Origin: an uncultured Gammaproteobacteria bacterium
GTDB lineage: Bacteria > Cyanobacteriota > Vampirovibrionia > JBFMGH01
DNA: 64,000 bases
Reading direction: 5' to 3'
NCBI GenBank assembly: GCA_964517135.1
Contig: CAZFBA010000008.1
Coordinates: forward strand, 40,064 to 104,063
This document shows, one piece after another, positions 19,738 through 30,336 of this stretch. The notes beneath the pieces were generated by a model. The model worked only from the letters and a program-made list of their open reading frames with translations. It had not been told where the DNA came from and did not search any database. Each line of letters begins with the position of its first letter. Positions within the stretch are counted from its first letter, which is position 1. Made by a program: the position numbers and the translations under genes.

Positions 19738-20589
19738 TTGAACTTTGATGTAATTAAATTTAATTTTAAAGCCGCCAGTTTATACCTGCTTGGAAGAGAA
19801 ATAGGAACATCGGACTTTCAAAGAAGCTATAATCTCTTAGCATCTTCCTATGATGATGAGTGGTATAAGTATCTTGATGTAGTTACGACCGAAATACTGG
19901 CTGAAATAGATGATCAAAAGCTTGATTATATACTTGATGCAGGCTGTGGTAGTGGTACTACAACACTAAAGCTCAGAAAAAATTATCCTGATGCACATAT
20001 AGTAGGCCTTGATTTTTCTAAGAAAATGTTAATTCAGGCCAGACAAAAATTAGGTGATAATAAGGCGCTATTATTTAGGGATAGACTTGAGTCTGGTTTA
20101 AAAAAATTTAAAGATGGTCAATTTGACTTAATTGTTTGTGCATGGAGTCTTGGATATGCCAGAAATAAAGAGGTATATAAAGAACTGGCACGAATATTAA
20201 ACCAGAATGGAAAGTTATTGATAATGACAAATAAGCACGATACACTTAAAGCAGTTCAGCACAGCTTAAAATATACGATGTGCCGCCACTGGAATAAACT
20301 TCAAAAACTTCCATTGCATAAATTCCCTAAAGATAAAAAATCTTTACTCGCAAAACTGCAAAATGATTTTCAGGAAGTCAAATATGGTGAAGGAAGTTTT
20401 TCTATTGACCTTTCAGATAAACAAAATATAGTTGATTGGCTGCTTAATTCTGGCATACTTGCAGGGTATGAGTTTGTTTTAGACCTCAGAAGAGACAAAA
20501 TGACCAGAAAAACCTGTGAAGATTATATTAAATCTAACTATAAAGAGGTCATTCACAATTATATGTGGGTGCTGCTCCATAAAAAGTAA
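19738..20589 (+). CDS. Class I SAM-dependent methyltransferase
   Basis: 283 aa; motif I LDAGCGSGTTT, followed by acidic-loop and motif II-like segments. TTG start; no in-frame ATG near the N-terminus. Confidence 0.7.
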   Translation: MNFDVIKFNFKAASLYLLGREIGTSDFQRSYNLLASSYDDEWYKYLDVVTTEILAEIDDQKLDYILDAGCGSGTTTLKLRKNYPDAHIVGLDFSKKMLIQARQKLGDNKALLFRDRLESGLKKFKDGQFDLIVCAWSLGYARNKEVYKELARILNQNGKLLIMTNKHDTLKAVQHSLKYTMCRHWNKLQKLPLHKFPKDKKSLLAKLQNDFQEVKYGEGSFSIDLSDKQNIVDWLLNSGILAGYEFVLDLRRDKMTRKTCEDYIKSNYKEVIHNYMWVLLHKK

Positions 20590-20812
20590 TACATATGTAT
20601 TAGATACTTAAGAGGCTATATCGCCTGTAAAAATAATGTTGAGGCTGTTTTAATCTTCCCTCTCTTTATACAGTAAGGCTTTAAAGATATTTCTTTGACT
20701 AAAATCATTATTTCTGTTTAATGCCGGTTTACATCCCGTAGTCTTAACTTGATAAACTTGTCGATTGGCAATAAAATCTATTTGGTGTGTAGTTTTGTAT
20801 TAGAAGGTGAAA

Positions 20813-22087
20813 ATGGTTGATAAAGCTGTAAATATAGGATTATTAGGTCTCGGTACGGTAGGAATTGGCGTTTATAAAATCTTACAAAATTTTCCTGAGG
20901 TAAAAATCAAGAAAATAGCAGAAAAAAACCTGGATTTAAAGCGTGATATCAATGTAGATAAATCTATTATGACGACAGATATTATGGAAGTCGTTAATGA
21001 TCCGGAGATTCAAATAGTTGTAGAAGTTATTGGCGGTACAGATCCTGCTTATGATGCTATTGTACAATCTATAAATGCTGGTAAACACGTTGTAACAGCG
21101 AATAAAGAATTAATAGCTAAACGTGGGCCTGAAATATTTGATCTTGCTAATAAAAAAAATGTATCAGTTCTCTATGAAGCCTCTGTTGGCGGTGGTATAC
21201 CTCTTATTATGCCACTTAAACAGAGTCTTGTATCTAACAAAATTACCTGTATTGCAGGCATTTTAAATGGTACAACAAACTATATTCTCTCGAGAATGGA
21301 AGAAGAACGGGCAGAATTTAAAGATGTTCTTGCTGAAGCACAGAAAATGGGCTATGCGGAAGCTGATCCTACGTCTGATGTTGAAGGTTATGACGCAGCA
21401 TACAAGATTGCTATTCTTGCTTCTATCGCTTATGGCGTAAAAATTGATGTTAACAAAATTTATCGTGAAGGTATCAGTAAAATTACGCTGGTTGATATTG
21501 ACTATGCAGCTGAGCTGGGCTATAAAATCAAGTTAATTGCCATGGCAAAGCAAGAAGATAATGGCAAAATTGATGTGCGTGTTCATCCTATGCTTGTTCC
21601 AACAGGTCATCCACTGGCTCATATAAATGGTGTTACCAACGCTGTATCAGTTGTAGGTGATGCGGTCGGGGAAGTTAATTTTGTAGGCCCTGGTGCTGGC
21701 CAGATGGCAGCTGCAAGCGCAGTAGTAGCTGATCTTCTTTCGGTTGTTAATGAAATGGGCTTTACTGCAAATATTCTTCCGTCTATGCGCTGTAAACATA
21801 CCACGGATGGTGATATAATCCCAATTGAAGAGACGTATAATTCTTACTATGTCAGATTTCAATCATCGGATAAGCCTGGCGTTATCGGAAATATGGGGCA
21901 TTCATGTGGAAAATATGGCGTTAGCCTCCTTGGTGTAATACAAAAAGATATGCTTGAGGGTGGTGTTGCACGTATTATCCTTTTAACCCATGAGGTTACT
22001 GAGTCTGCTATTCAGGCAGCGCTTAGAGAAATAGAAAAACATGATACGACAAAACTTATAGCTAACGTTATAAGGGTTTTTAAATAA
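20813..22087 (+). CDS. hom: Homoserine dehydrogenase (with C-terminal ACT domain)
   Basis: [17 protein letters not shown]-binding motif, catalytic region, C-terminal ACT-like fold. ATG at 20813 preceded by GAAGGTG; track ORF begins at GTG 20807. Confidence 0.85.
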   Translation: MVDKAVNIGLLGLGTVGIGVYKILQNFPEVKIKKIAEKNLDLKRDINVDKSIMTTDIMEVVNDPEIQIVVEVIGGTDPAYDAIVQSINAGKHVVTANKELIAKRGPEIFDLANKKNVSVLYEASVGGGIPLIMPLKQSLVSNKITCIAGILNGTTNYILSRMEEERAEFKDVLAEAQKMGYAEADPTSDVEGYDAAYKIAILASIAYGVKIDVNKIYREGISKITLVDIDYAAELGYKIKLIAMAKQEDNGKIDVRVHPMLVPTGHPLAHINGVTNAVSVVGDAVGEVNFVGPGAGQMAAASAVVADLLSVVNEMGFTANILPSMRCKHTTDGDIIPIEETYNSYYVRFQSSDKPGVIGNMGHSCGKYGVSLLGVIQKDMLEGGVARIILLTHEVTESAIQAALREIEKHDTTKLIANVIRVFK

Positions 22088-22098
22088 GGAAAATTCCC

Positions 22099-23166
22099 AT
22101 GAGCAAGTTTTTTACACCACTAATTGAATACTATAAAGAATACTTACCCGTAACAGACAAAACACCTGTTGTGACTATAAATGAGGGTTTTACGCCTCTT
22201 ATAAAGGCTGACAAAATAGCAGAAAAGACAGGCATAAAGGGGCTTAATCTTTATTTAAAGTATGATGGAGCAAACCCTACAGGCAGTTTTAAAGATCGTG
22301 GCATGACCATGGCAATAAGTAAAGCCCTGGAAGAAGGGTCAAAAGCTGTTATGTGTGCCAGTACAGGCAATACAAGTGCTTCTGCGGCTGCTTTTAGTGC
22401 AAAAGCAGGGCTTAAGTGTTATGTGCTTATACCTGATGGTTATATCGCTCTGGGTAAGCTTTCACAGGCAATGCTGTATGGTGCAGATATTATAGCTATA
22501 CAGGGTAATTTTGATGAAGCTCTCGAAATAGTACTTGAGCTGACAGATAATTATCCTGTTACGCTTGTAAATTCTTTGAATCCTTATCGTATAGATGGCC
22601 AACAAACTGCTGCACTTGAGGTTTGTGACTGTCTGGGGCATGCTCCAGACTACTTATGTATTCCTGTTGGCAATGCAGGTAATATTACAGCCTACTGGAA
22701 AGGCTTTAATACATACTTTAATGCTGGAAAAATACCTCAGAAACCAAGAATGTTTGGCTTTGAGGCTGAAGGTGCTGCTGCAATTGTCAAAGGAGAGAGA
22801 ATTTATAAGCCTGAAACCATTGCTACAGCTATTAGGATAGGTAATCCTGCAAGCTGGAAATCTGCAGTAGCAGCAGCTGAAGAATCTTGCGGGCAGATTG
22901 ATTATGTGACAGACCAGCAAATTATTAATGCTTATAGAGATCTTGCCAGACTTGAAGGGGTTTTCTGTGAACCTGCCAGTGCTGCAAGTGTTGCAGGACT
23001 TTATAAGGCAGCATGTGAAGGTAAAATACAGGAAGGGTCAACAATTGTATGTGTTCTGACGGGTAATGGCTTGAAAGATCCTGATTGTGCTATTAATAAC
23101 TCTAATTGTGAAGTCAAGAAAGCCTCTTCTAATATTTCTGACATCAAAAACCTTCTTAAACTCTAA
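22099..23166 (+). CDS. thrC: Threonine synthase
   Basis: 355 aa; PLP-lysine motif [13 protein letters not shown] and downstream PLP-fold motifs; immediately downstream of hom. Confidence 0.9.
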   Translation: MSKFFTPLIEYYKEYLPVTDKTPVVTINEGFTPLIKADKIAEKTGIKGLNLYLKYDGANPTGSFKDRGMTMAISKALEEGSKAVMCASTGNTSASAAAFSAKAGLKCYVLIPDGYIALGKLSQAMLYGADIIAIQGNFDEALEIVLELTDNYPVTLVNSLNPYRIDGQQTAALEVCDCLGHAPDYLCIPVGNAGNITAYWKGFNTYFNAGKIPQKPRMFGFEAEGAAAIVKGERIYKPETIATAIRIGNPASWKSAVAAAEESCGQIDYVTDQQIINAYRDLARLEGVFCEPASAASVAGLYKAACEGKIQEGSTIVCVLTGNGLKDPDCAINNSNCEVKKASSNISDIKNLLKL

Positions 23167-23410
23167 TTAGAGCTATTTTTGTTGTGAAAATACTCATCAT
23201 GTGTTGGTTGCCTTAAAGTAAATCTATGTATTTCTTTTTAATATTGTATCTTTCAATATGAGTCTTCTGTATAGTTTGTGGCCAGGTGCGTTTATTCCTT
23301 TGTAACGCTTTTATTAAAAATTTGCAGTTTTTACAACAACCATTAAAATTATATTGAAGGTTTAAAAACCTGTAGTTTGTTAGCTGGATGCAGTAAAAAC
23401 AGGTAATCAA

Positions 23411-23956
23411 TTGAGTAATAACTGGTTAGAGCTAAGAGAAGCGACGCAAGAGCTTGATATGGAGCTTGAGTATCTTTGTGAACTGGTAATTAACGGTCAG
23501 GTAAGAACAACAACAGATAAGGATAGGCTATTGATTGATTTGACCAGTGTGCCGATTGTTGATGAAAGAGATAATCTTCTTGATGCAGAGCAGTATGACT
23601 CACTTGAACAGGAAGTAGAATCTTTAAAACTTGAATGTGCTTGGCTTAAATCTGAAAATATGAGAAGTGACCGTATTATCAATGAATATTTTGATAAATT
23701 TACTGATTTAAAGAAGATTCAGGAAGAACTTGTTCAGATTATCAATCAGCAGTCAGAAATTATAAGAGAATTAAAGGGATATTCTAAGCCAAAAAAGCAA
23801 AACATTAAAAAAGTTAAACCGAAAAGGAATTCAGTTCTATCTTTGTGGATGTTTTTTCCTATTGCAGGTCTTTTTCTGACAGCGTTTATAGAAGTTGTTA
23901 GAACCTATCAGATCAGCAATGTCTCTGATTTCCTGAAATTAATCGGGGTTGTTTAG
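23411..23956 (+). CDS. Hypothetical coiled-coil protein with C-terminal transmembrane segment
   Basis: 181 aa; heptad-like central region (EQEVESLKLECAWLKSEN...), basic stretch, hydrophobic LSLWMFFPIAGLFLTAFIEVV. TTG start, or ATG at about 23459. Confidence 0.45.
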   Translation: MSNNWLELREATQELDMELEYLCELVINGQVRTTTDKDRLLIDLTSVPIVDERDNLLDAEQYDSLEQEVESLKLECAWLKSENMRSDRIINEYFDKFTDLKKIQEELVQIINQQSEIIRELKGYSKPKKQNIKKVKPKRNSVLSLWMFFPIAGLFLTAFIEVVRTYQISNVSDFLKLIGVV

Positions 23957-23963
23957 TCTTTAT

Positions 23964-24860
23964 CTACATCAAAACAGTTATTGGTTGTATTTTATCCTCT
24001 ATTTTCAGGTATTGACAGATAGCAACAGGCTGGTTAGTCTTTGTTAAAAGTAATAGTTTTTGATCTTCAGAGAAAAGCTCTTTTAATGGTTTAAAATGTT
24101 GTCCCTTTGTTATCCGTTCGACCTGGCCATAGCCGATAGTTAAAGAGGGTAAATTTATTAAATCTATAGGTGATGCAAGTATATCATTAACCTGATCGTT
24201 TATTGTCTTTTCTTCAAGTTCTTCAAGGGTAATGCTATCTTCAAGCCTGAGGCCAGATGAGAGGGTACGGATTAATTTACTGAGGTGAGCTCCGCAACCC
24301 AGCTCTTGACCGAGGTCATGGGCTATGCTTCGTATGTAGGTACCTTTGCTGCAATCAATGGTAAGTTTAAGTAAAGGATTTCCGTTTGCTGATTCTGACA
24401 ATTCTGTTAAGCCTATATTATAGATAGTAACTGACTTTGTAGGTAGTTCATCTACCTCTATTCCTTTTCGGGCATATTTATAGAGTTCTTTTCCCTTGTG
24501 TTTTGTCGCTGAATAAAGAGGTACCTGCTGTATGATTTCTCCCTGAAACTTTTTAAGTGCTGTTTTGACTTCGTCTATTGATACTTCCGGATTGGTTTTA
24601 GAAACAATAGAACCTTCTGCATCGTATGTATCGGTTGATATGCCTAAGGTTATTTCTGCTTTATACTGTTTATCAGTTGATAAATACTGTATTAGTCTTG
24701 TTGCTTTACCAGTACAAACAGGCAATACACCGGTTGCCATGGGGTCGAGGGTGCCTGCATGTCCGATTTTTTTCATTTTTAAGATTTTTCTTAGTTTATT
24801 AATGACATCATGAGATGTTAAACCGGCTGGTTTGTTAATGTTTAATATACCATTAAGCAA
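23964..24860 (-). CDS. truB: tRNA pseudouridine(55) synthase
   Basis: NKPAGLTSHDVINKLRKI...GHAGTLDPMATGVLPVC with catalytic Asp; C-terminal PUA-like region. Confidence 0.9.
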   Translation of the reverse strand: MLNGILNINKPAGLTSHDVINKLRKILKMKKIGHAGTLDPMATGVLPVCTGKATRLIQYLSTDKQYKAEITLGISTDTYDAEGSIVSKTNPEVSIDEVKTALKKFQGEIIQQVPLYSATKHKGKELYKYARKGIEVDELPTKSVTIYNIGLTELSESANGNPLLKLTIDCSKGTYIRSIAHDLGQELGCGAHLSKLIRTLSSGLRLEDSITLEELEEKTINDQVNDILASPIDLINLPSLTIGYGQVERITKGQHFKPLKELFSEDQKLLLLTKTNQPVAICQYLKIEDKIQPITVLM

Positions 24861-24863
24861 GTT

Positions 24864-25214
24864 TTAGAGTTCTCCCTGCGATATTTTATTAATCAATTCA
24901 GTAACTCTGGAGCCTCTTTCAAGTGAATCATCTTGTTTAAACTTGATTTCGGGTGTAAATCTCATAGGTATTCTCTTGCCAACTTCGCTTCTTATAAAGC
25001 CAGTTGATGATTCAAGTGCTTCCATTGTGCTTGAGCGTTCTTCTTCGCTGCCATAAACGCTTACAAAGATTTTAGCATGTCTGCAATCGCTGGAAACTTC
25101 TACATCAGAGACAGAAACAATACCAGCTATTCTGGGATCTTTTATTTGTCTTTGAAGCAAGTCACTTATCTCACGTATAAGAGCTTTTCGTACTTTATCT
25201 GATCTGCTAACCAT
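24864..25214 (-). CDS. rbfA: Ribosome-binding factor A
   Basis: 116 aa; RVRKALIREISDLLQRQIKDPRIAGIVSVSDVEVSSDCRHAKIFVSV is the typical RbfA KH-like core. Position between infB and truB. Confidence 0.9.
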   Translation of the reverse strand: MVSRSDKVRKALIREISDLLQRQIKDPRIAGIVSVSDVEVSSDCRHAKIFVSVYGSEEERSSTMEALESSTGFIRSEVGKRIPMRFTPEIKFKQDDSLERGSRVTELINKISQGEL

Positions 25215-25247
25215 TCTTTCTTCCTCACTATGGTTGTTAATTGAGAA

Positions 25248-28073
25248 TTAGTTAAGGCTTTCTCTTTCTATTTCTACTAACTGGCTGACTTTGATTAAGT
25301 CTCCTTCTCTGAGGTCATTGAATTTGTTAAATGATATGCCGCATTCAAATCCTGATTGAACTTCTTTGGCATCGTCTTTGAATCGTTTCAGGTTATCCAG
25401 ATTGCCTCTAAAAATTTCTTTGTTTTCTCTTAGTACGGTTGCAATACGATTCCGGACAATTTTTCCTTCAAGAACATAGCAGCCTGCGATAACAAAGTTT
25501 TTACCAACGGTAAATAGGTTTCTGACTTCTGCTGTGCCCAGTTCAATTTCTTTTAACTCGGGTTTAAGTAGGCCAAGCATGGTTTTTTCTATATCTTCTG
25601 AAATCTGATAAATGATATCGTATGTTCTTATAGTAACCTGTCCTTCAGAGTTTATTTTTGCAACATTAGGGTCTTCTTTGGATCTAAAACCTATGATCAT
25701 AGCATTACTTGTTGATGCCAGCATTACATCGGCTTCTGTTATGTCTCCAACGCCTGTGTGTATTGTTTTTACAGATACTTCCCGGGATTTTAATTCCTGT
25801 AAGACGGCTTCAACAGCTTTTACTGAACCGTCAGAATCTGCTTTAATTATAATATTGAGTTCTTTGATTCTTTCTTCTTCATCTTTTTTGAGTTTGGCTT
25901 TGAATATAGAGTCTTTTTGCAGTTTTGTAGAAGCTGAAGAAGAGAATTTACGTTCTTTTTCTTCTCCTTTACGTTTGTTAATTATTTGTTTGAGATCTTT
26001 GTCATCATTAACAATTTCGAAAATGTCTCCTGCTTCTGGCACTTCATTGAGTCCGAGTATTTCTACTGGTGTGCTGGGGCCTGCTTCATTAACTCTTTCA
26101 CCCATATCATTTATGAGTGCTCTAACTTTGCCACCGACGCTTCCTACTACAATGTAGTCACCGATTTTCAGTGTGCCATTTTGAACTATAACTGTTGCCA
26201 GTGGGCCTTTTCCTTTATCGAGTTCTGATTCAATGACTGCTCCTGTTGCTTTTGCTGTGGGATCAGCTTTAAGCTCCTGCACTTCTGCGACCAGTGCAAG
26301 CATTTCGAGAAGATCATTAATACCATCTCCTTTGAGGGCACTAATTGGAACAGTTATTGTTTCTCCTCCCCATTCTTCTGGAAGCAGTTCATGTTCAGTT
26401 AATTGCTGTAATATTCTATCTTTTTCAGCACCTGCTTTGTCCATCTTGTTTATTGCTATTACTATAGGTACTTTTGCAGCTTTTGCGTGGTTTATAGCTT
26501 CTATTGTTTGTGGCATAATGCCATCATCTGCTGCGACGATAAGGACAGCGATGTCAGTAACCTTAGCTCCACGTGCTCTCATAGCTGTAAAAGCGTGGTG
26601 GCCGGGAGTATCTATAAAGGTTACTTTCTTTCCGTCTTCTAGTTGAGCAGTGTAGGCGCCGATAGTTTGTGTAATACCTCCTACTTCAGCGTCTACAAGT
26701 TTTTGTTTTGATTTTCTTATAGAGTCAAGGAGGGTAGTTTTTCCGTGGTCGACATGGCCCAATATTGTTACAATAGGGGCACGTGGCACGAGTTTGCTTT
26801 CATCTATATCAAGCCTTTTGGCTGGTTCTTTAGTGCTTTCTGTTGATGCTTCAGTTTTTTGGCCTTCACTGGTTGCTTGTTTGATTGTATATCCAAGTTT
26901 TTCAGTGACTTCTATAGCTGAATCCTGCGTAATTGTTTCGTTTAATGTTGCAAATATTCCCATTTTCATTAACTCTTTAATTATTTCTGTGGGGCTTAAA
27001 ACAAGTATTTCTCCGAGTTCAGCGATTGTAAGTGCGCCTAGGATGGCTACTTCTGTTGGCTTTTCAGGCTCTTCAACTTTTTTTTCTTGTTTTTTCTTTT
27101 TAAATACCTCGGTGATAGGTTTTAAATCTTGAAATTTGTTTTTATCTTTTTGAAAATAGTCTTTTTTCTTTTGAGATTCCTTTTTGTGGGCAGGTTTACC
27201 AGGGCGTTGTGTTTGTGTATCAGGTGTTTCAGCAACTGGTTTCGTTTTAGCCGGGCTAAATTTTGGTTTTTCTTTCGGTCTAACTTCAGGTTTATGAGGT
27301 TTAAATTCTTTTTTGATTTTGGTTTGTGGTTCCTCGGGCTTTTGCCGTGTTTCAGCTGATTGTTCAGATGGTTTGCTGACAGGTTTTTGATGTTGTCCTG
27401 GGTGTAGAGGAGCCGGTTTAGCTACTTTTTGTGTATGATTGGTTTGAGTTGTGCTGGCTTCTCTTTGTGGTGTTTGAAATCTTCTGCCACTGTATTTGCT
27501 AACTTTGCCTTCAGTTCTTGTTTTTCCTTCGGGTTTATGTCTGTATTTATCTCCAGATACGTGATAGAGTCTTTCGGCAGTTCTTTTTTTGTCAGTTTCT
27601 TTTGTTGCTGTAGGTGATTTATGAGTTTTTTGTTGATGCTGTTGTGTTTGGGGTTGTCTTTCTGTCCTGTAAAAGGGTTTATTTTCTAGTTGTGGAGTAG
27701 GTCTTTTATAGTCAGTCTGTTCTGGCTTCTGGTAGGATGGTTTTCTTTCTCTGGGCTGGCTTACGGTATCTTTTTGAGGAGTTTGTTTCGGGGGCTCTTG
27801 TTTTTGCTGTGGCTCTTCTCTGGGTGGGTAATCAGGTTTTTTTTCTGGTATAACCTTTTCAGGTTCTGGTTTAGGTGCTTCTTTAACAGTTGCATCAGAA
27901 CTTTTTTCAGCGTTAAGAATCTTTTTCAGCTGATCTGCCTCTTCAATACTTATTGTGCTGGAGTGGCTTTTGACTGTTATCTTTAGTTTATCTTTTAAAA
28001 TAGTTATCAGAACCTTGTTAGGGGTGCCCAGTTCCCTTGCAAGGTCATATATTCTTACCTTATCCGTAGCCAT
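25248..28073 (-). CDS. infB: Translation initiation factor IF-2
   Basis: 941 aa; IF2_N domain (MATDKVRIYDLARELG), long P/E/K/Q-rich linker, G domain (GHVDHGKTTLLD, DTPGH, NKMD), C-terminal beta-barrel domains. Confidence 0.95.
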   Translation of the reverse strand: MATDKVRIYDLARELGTPNKVLITILKDKLKITVKSHSSTISIEEADQLKKILNAEKSSDATVKEAPKPEPEKVIPEKKPDYPPREEPQQKQEPPKQTPQKDTVSQPRERKPSYQKPEQTDYKRPTPQLENKPFYRTERQPQTQQHQQKTHKSPTATKETDKKRTAERLYHVSGDKYRHKPEGKTRTEGKVSKYSGRRFQTPQREASTTQTNHTQKVAKPAPLHPGQHQKPVSKPSEQSAETRQKPEEPQTKIKKEFKPHKPEVRPKEKPKFSPAKTKPVAETPDTQTQRPGKPAHKKESQKKKDYFQKDKNKFQDLKPITEVFKKKKQEKKVEEPEKPTEVAILGALTIAELGEILVLSPTEIIKELMKMGIFATLNETITQDSAIEVTEKLGYTIKQATSEGQKTEASTESTKEPAKRLDIDESKLVPRAPIVTILGHVDHGKTTLLDSIRKSKQKLVDAEVGGITQTIGAYTAQLEDGKKVTFIDTPGHHAFTAMRARGAKVTDIAVLIVAADDGIMPQTIEAINHAKAAKVPIVIAINKMDKAGAEKDRILQQLTEHELLPEEWGGETITVPISALKGDGINDLLEMLALVAEVQELKADPTAKATGAVIESELDKGKGPLATVIVQNGTLKIGDYIVVGSVGGKVRALINDMGERVNEAGPSTPVEILGLNEVPEAGDIFEIVNDDKDLKQIINKRKGEEKERKFSSSASTKLQKDSIFKAKLKKDEEERIKELNIIIKADSDGSVKAVEAVLQELKSREVSVKTIHTGVGDITEADVMLASTSNAMIIGFRSKEDPNVAKINSEGQVTIRTYDIIYQISEDIEKTMLGLLKPELKEIELGTAEVRNLFTVGKNFVIAGCYVLEGKIVRNRIATVLRENKEIFRGNLDNLKRFKDDAKEVQSGFECGISFNKFNDLREGDLIKVSQLVEIERESLN

Positions 28074-28137
28074 ATCTTAAAATTCTACTCCTCTAATTAC
28101 CTATCAATTGTATCATATCATTTTAAAAGAATAATTA

Positions 28138-28389
28138 CTATTTGACCATTCTCTGTAACATTTCAGTGATCTGATTGTTAAGTTTTGTATGTAACGCTTT
28201 TTGCAATTTTCCTTTTTTCAGAGCGGTTTCAATACATGATTTATTGTAACAAATGTATGCACTTCGGCCCTGAATCCTTGAACATGGCTGTATGTACAGT
28301 TTTTGGGCCTTATGCTCTTTTAGTATTCTTATGAGTTCAGTACGTGGAAAGTATTTTCTGCAGCATACGCATTGTCTTTGCGGTATCAA
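28138..28389 (-). CDS. ylxR: YlxR/DUF448-family RNA-binding protein
   Basis: 83 aa; RQCVCCRKYFPRTELIRI matches the DUF448 Cys-rich N-terminus. Canonical position between nusA and infB; 4-nt overlap with nusA. Confidence 0.8.
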   Translation of the reverse strand: MIPQRQCVCCRKYFPRTELIRILKEHKAQKLYIQPCSRIQGRSAYICYNKSCIETALKKGKLQKALHTKLNNQITEMLQRMVK

Positions 28390-29495
28390 TACTCCTCTTC
28401 CTCGTAGTATTCTTCTTCTACCAGGAATGATTCATCATTTTCAATCTGGCTAAGGCTCTTAATATCTAATTTCCAGCTGGTAAGCTTAACAGCAAGTCTT
28501 ACGTTTTGGCCTTCTTTTCCTATAGCAAGGCTGAGCTGATCATCAGGTACTACAACGAGAGCTTGTTGACTTGACGGATCATCATTTAATATTTCGACAG
28601 AGATGATTTTAGCTGGTGAAAGTGCATTCATAATGAATTCTACCGGGTCAGGTGAATGTCTTATGATATCAATTTTTTCACTTTTTAATTCATTAACAAT
28701 AGCTTGAATCCTGCTGCCTCTTGGGCCTATACATGCTCCAACAGGATCTACTTCAGGGTCTGAGCTGGCAACAGCAATTTTTGTCCTATAACCTGCTTCT
28801 CTTGCAATAGATTTAATTTCGACGATGCCGTCTTCTATTTCTGGTACTTCAAGTTCAAAGAGTTCTTGAACGATCATAGCGTGTACCTGTGAGACGATGA
28901 CTCGTGGCAATCTGGATGTTTCAGTTACGTCAAGGACATAGACTCTCAGTCTGTTTCCTGGTCTGTAATATTCACCCTGTATCTGTTCTCTTGGTGGCAA
29001 TATTGCTTCTGTTCTGCCGATGCTGATGACAACGTTTCGGCCTTCCAGACGTTGTATTATGCCTGTTGTCATGGTTCCTTTTTTATCCATGAATTCTTCA
29101 AGAATCAGGCGACGTTCAGCTTCTCTGATTCTTTGTGTTATGACCTGTTTTGCAGCCTGTGCAGCTATGCGTCCGAAGTCTTCGGGTGTTACTTCTTCTG
29201 TTATTATGCTTCCTATAGTTACTGTTTCGTCTCTTTCTCTGGCTTCTTCAATTGTTATTTCAGTCTGCTCGTTGGTTATATTTTCAACGACAATTTTTTC
29301 AGAGTAAATACCTATTTCTCCTGATTTCTCGTCTATCTTTGCATATATACCGGTAGTATCTGGTTTTTTGCTATATTTTCGGTATGCAGCCATCATGGCG
29401 TCGCAGAGAGAGTCCAGTACTACAGCTTTAGGTATTCCTCTTTCCCGTTCTAGCTGGTCGGTAGCTTCCATTAAGGCTGAACCAATTTTAATCAC
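28386..29495 (-). CDS. nusA: Transcription termination/antitermination factor NusA
   Basis: 369 aa; N-terminal domain, S1 domain, two KH domains (GACIGPRGSRIQAI), acidic C-terminal tail. Confidence 0.9.
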   Translation of the reverse strand: MIKIGSALMEATDQLERERGIPKAVVLDSLCDAMMAAYRKYSKKPDTTGIYAKIDEKSGEIGIYSEKIVVENITNEQTEITIEEARERDETVTIGSIITEEVTPEDFGRIAAQAAKQVITQRIREAERRLILEEFMDKKGTMTTGIIQRLEGRNVVISIGRTEAILPPREQIQGEYYRPGNRLRVYVLDVTETSRLPRVIVSQVHAMIVQELFELEVPEIEDGIVEIKSIAREAGYRTKIAVASSDPEVDPVGACIGPRGSRIQAIVNELKSEKIDIIRHSPDPVEFIMNALSPAKIISVEILNDDPSSQQALVVVPDDQLSLAIGKEGQNVRLAVKLTSWKLDIKSLSQIENDESFLVEEEYYEEEEY

Positions 29496-29516
29496 AGTTT
29501 ATTCTCCTTATGTTAA

Positions 29517-30032
29517 TTAGCCTTCTAGTTGAATAGTTTTGATTCCTTTAAGTTTATATCTTTTTTGTTGGTTATCTTTTTCAATGATTGCTTCTTCCAT
29601 GTTGTCAGAGAGTCCAATTAGTTTTCCAGTAATGGTGGATGTGGTTTCTTTTTCAGCGAGTTCTTTTTTCAGGGTTATTTTTACTTCTCTATCTTTGAAA
29701 ACAGTATATTCTACAGGGTTTTTAAGTTTTCTATTAATCCCGGGGCTGCTAACTTCAAGAGAATAAGAAACAGGTATCAGGTTTGATTCATCCAGTTTTG
29801 CATTCAGTGTTCTTGTCATATTAACACAATCTTCATGATCTACAGGTTTTTCAGGGTTATAAATAAAGATCCTTAAGAAATACTGTCCTTTTTCTTTGTT
29901 GAATGTTGTTTCCAAAACAATTAAATTAAGATCTCCGGCGGTTTCTTCTACCACTGGTATCAGGTTTTCAATTATCTGCTGTCGGTTAACAGATATTTCA
30001 GGGTCAGCTTTTTTTTTAGAACTTTTAGACAT
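29517..30032 (-). CDS. rimP: Ribosome maturation factor RimP
   Basis: Internal Met at 30032 gives MSKSSKKK...; RimP-like core (LNLIVLETTFNKEKGQYFLRIFI...) and canonical position upstream of nusA. Confidence 0.8.
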   Translation of the reverse strand: MSKSSKKKADPEISVNRQQIIENLIPVVEETAGDLNLIVLETTFNKEKGQYFLRIFIYNPEKPVDHEDCVNMTRTLNAKLDESNLIPVSYSLEVSSPGINRKLKNPVEYTVFKDREVKITLKKELAEKETTSTITGKLIGLSDNMEEAIIEKDNQQKRYKLKGIKTIQLEG

Positions 30033-30336
30033 AAGTATTCTTAAACAAAAAAGTGGGTAGAACACCCACTCCCTGTAACGAGAAGCAATTAGTATATTAG
30101 CACGTAGTCAATGAAATGACAATATTCTATTTTGATTTCATTAGTGCATTGCAATTAAAAAAAGAGTTTGTTAAAAATTAAAGAACATCAGTTTAAATCT
30201 GTTAAGCTTTTGTAACCTTATTTTGGCTGTATTATTAAATATTACAATCCGTAATGACATGCGTTACCATGAAACAAATCAATTTTTTGTAGTATTTATA
30301 AAATTAATTGCTGCGTTAAACTGAACTAGAGATCTT

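Noticed and set aside
23213-23410. 65-aa minus-strand ORF in the thrC downstream spacer
   Set aside because: AT-rich intergenic sequence, no RBS, Cys/Asn/Lys-rich translation with no motif; likely non-coding.
25612-27986. Series of plus-strand ORFs (62-181 aa) antisense to infB
   Set aside because: All lie within the IF-2 gene; translations are Phe/Ser/Leu-rich low complexity typical of antisense reading of a Lys/Glu/Pro-rich gene.
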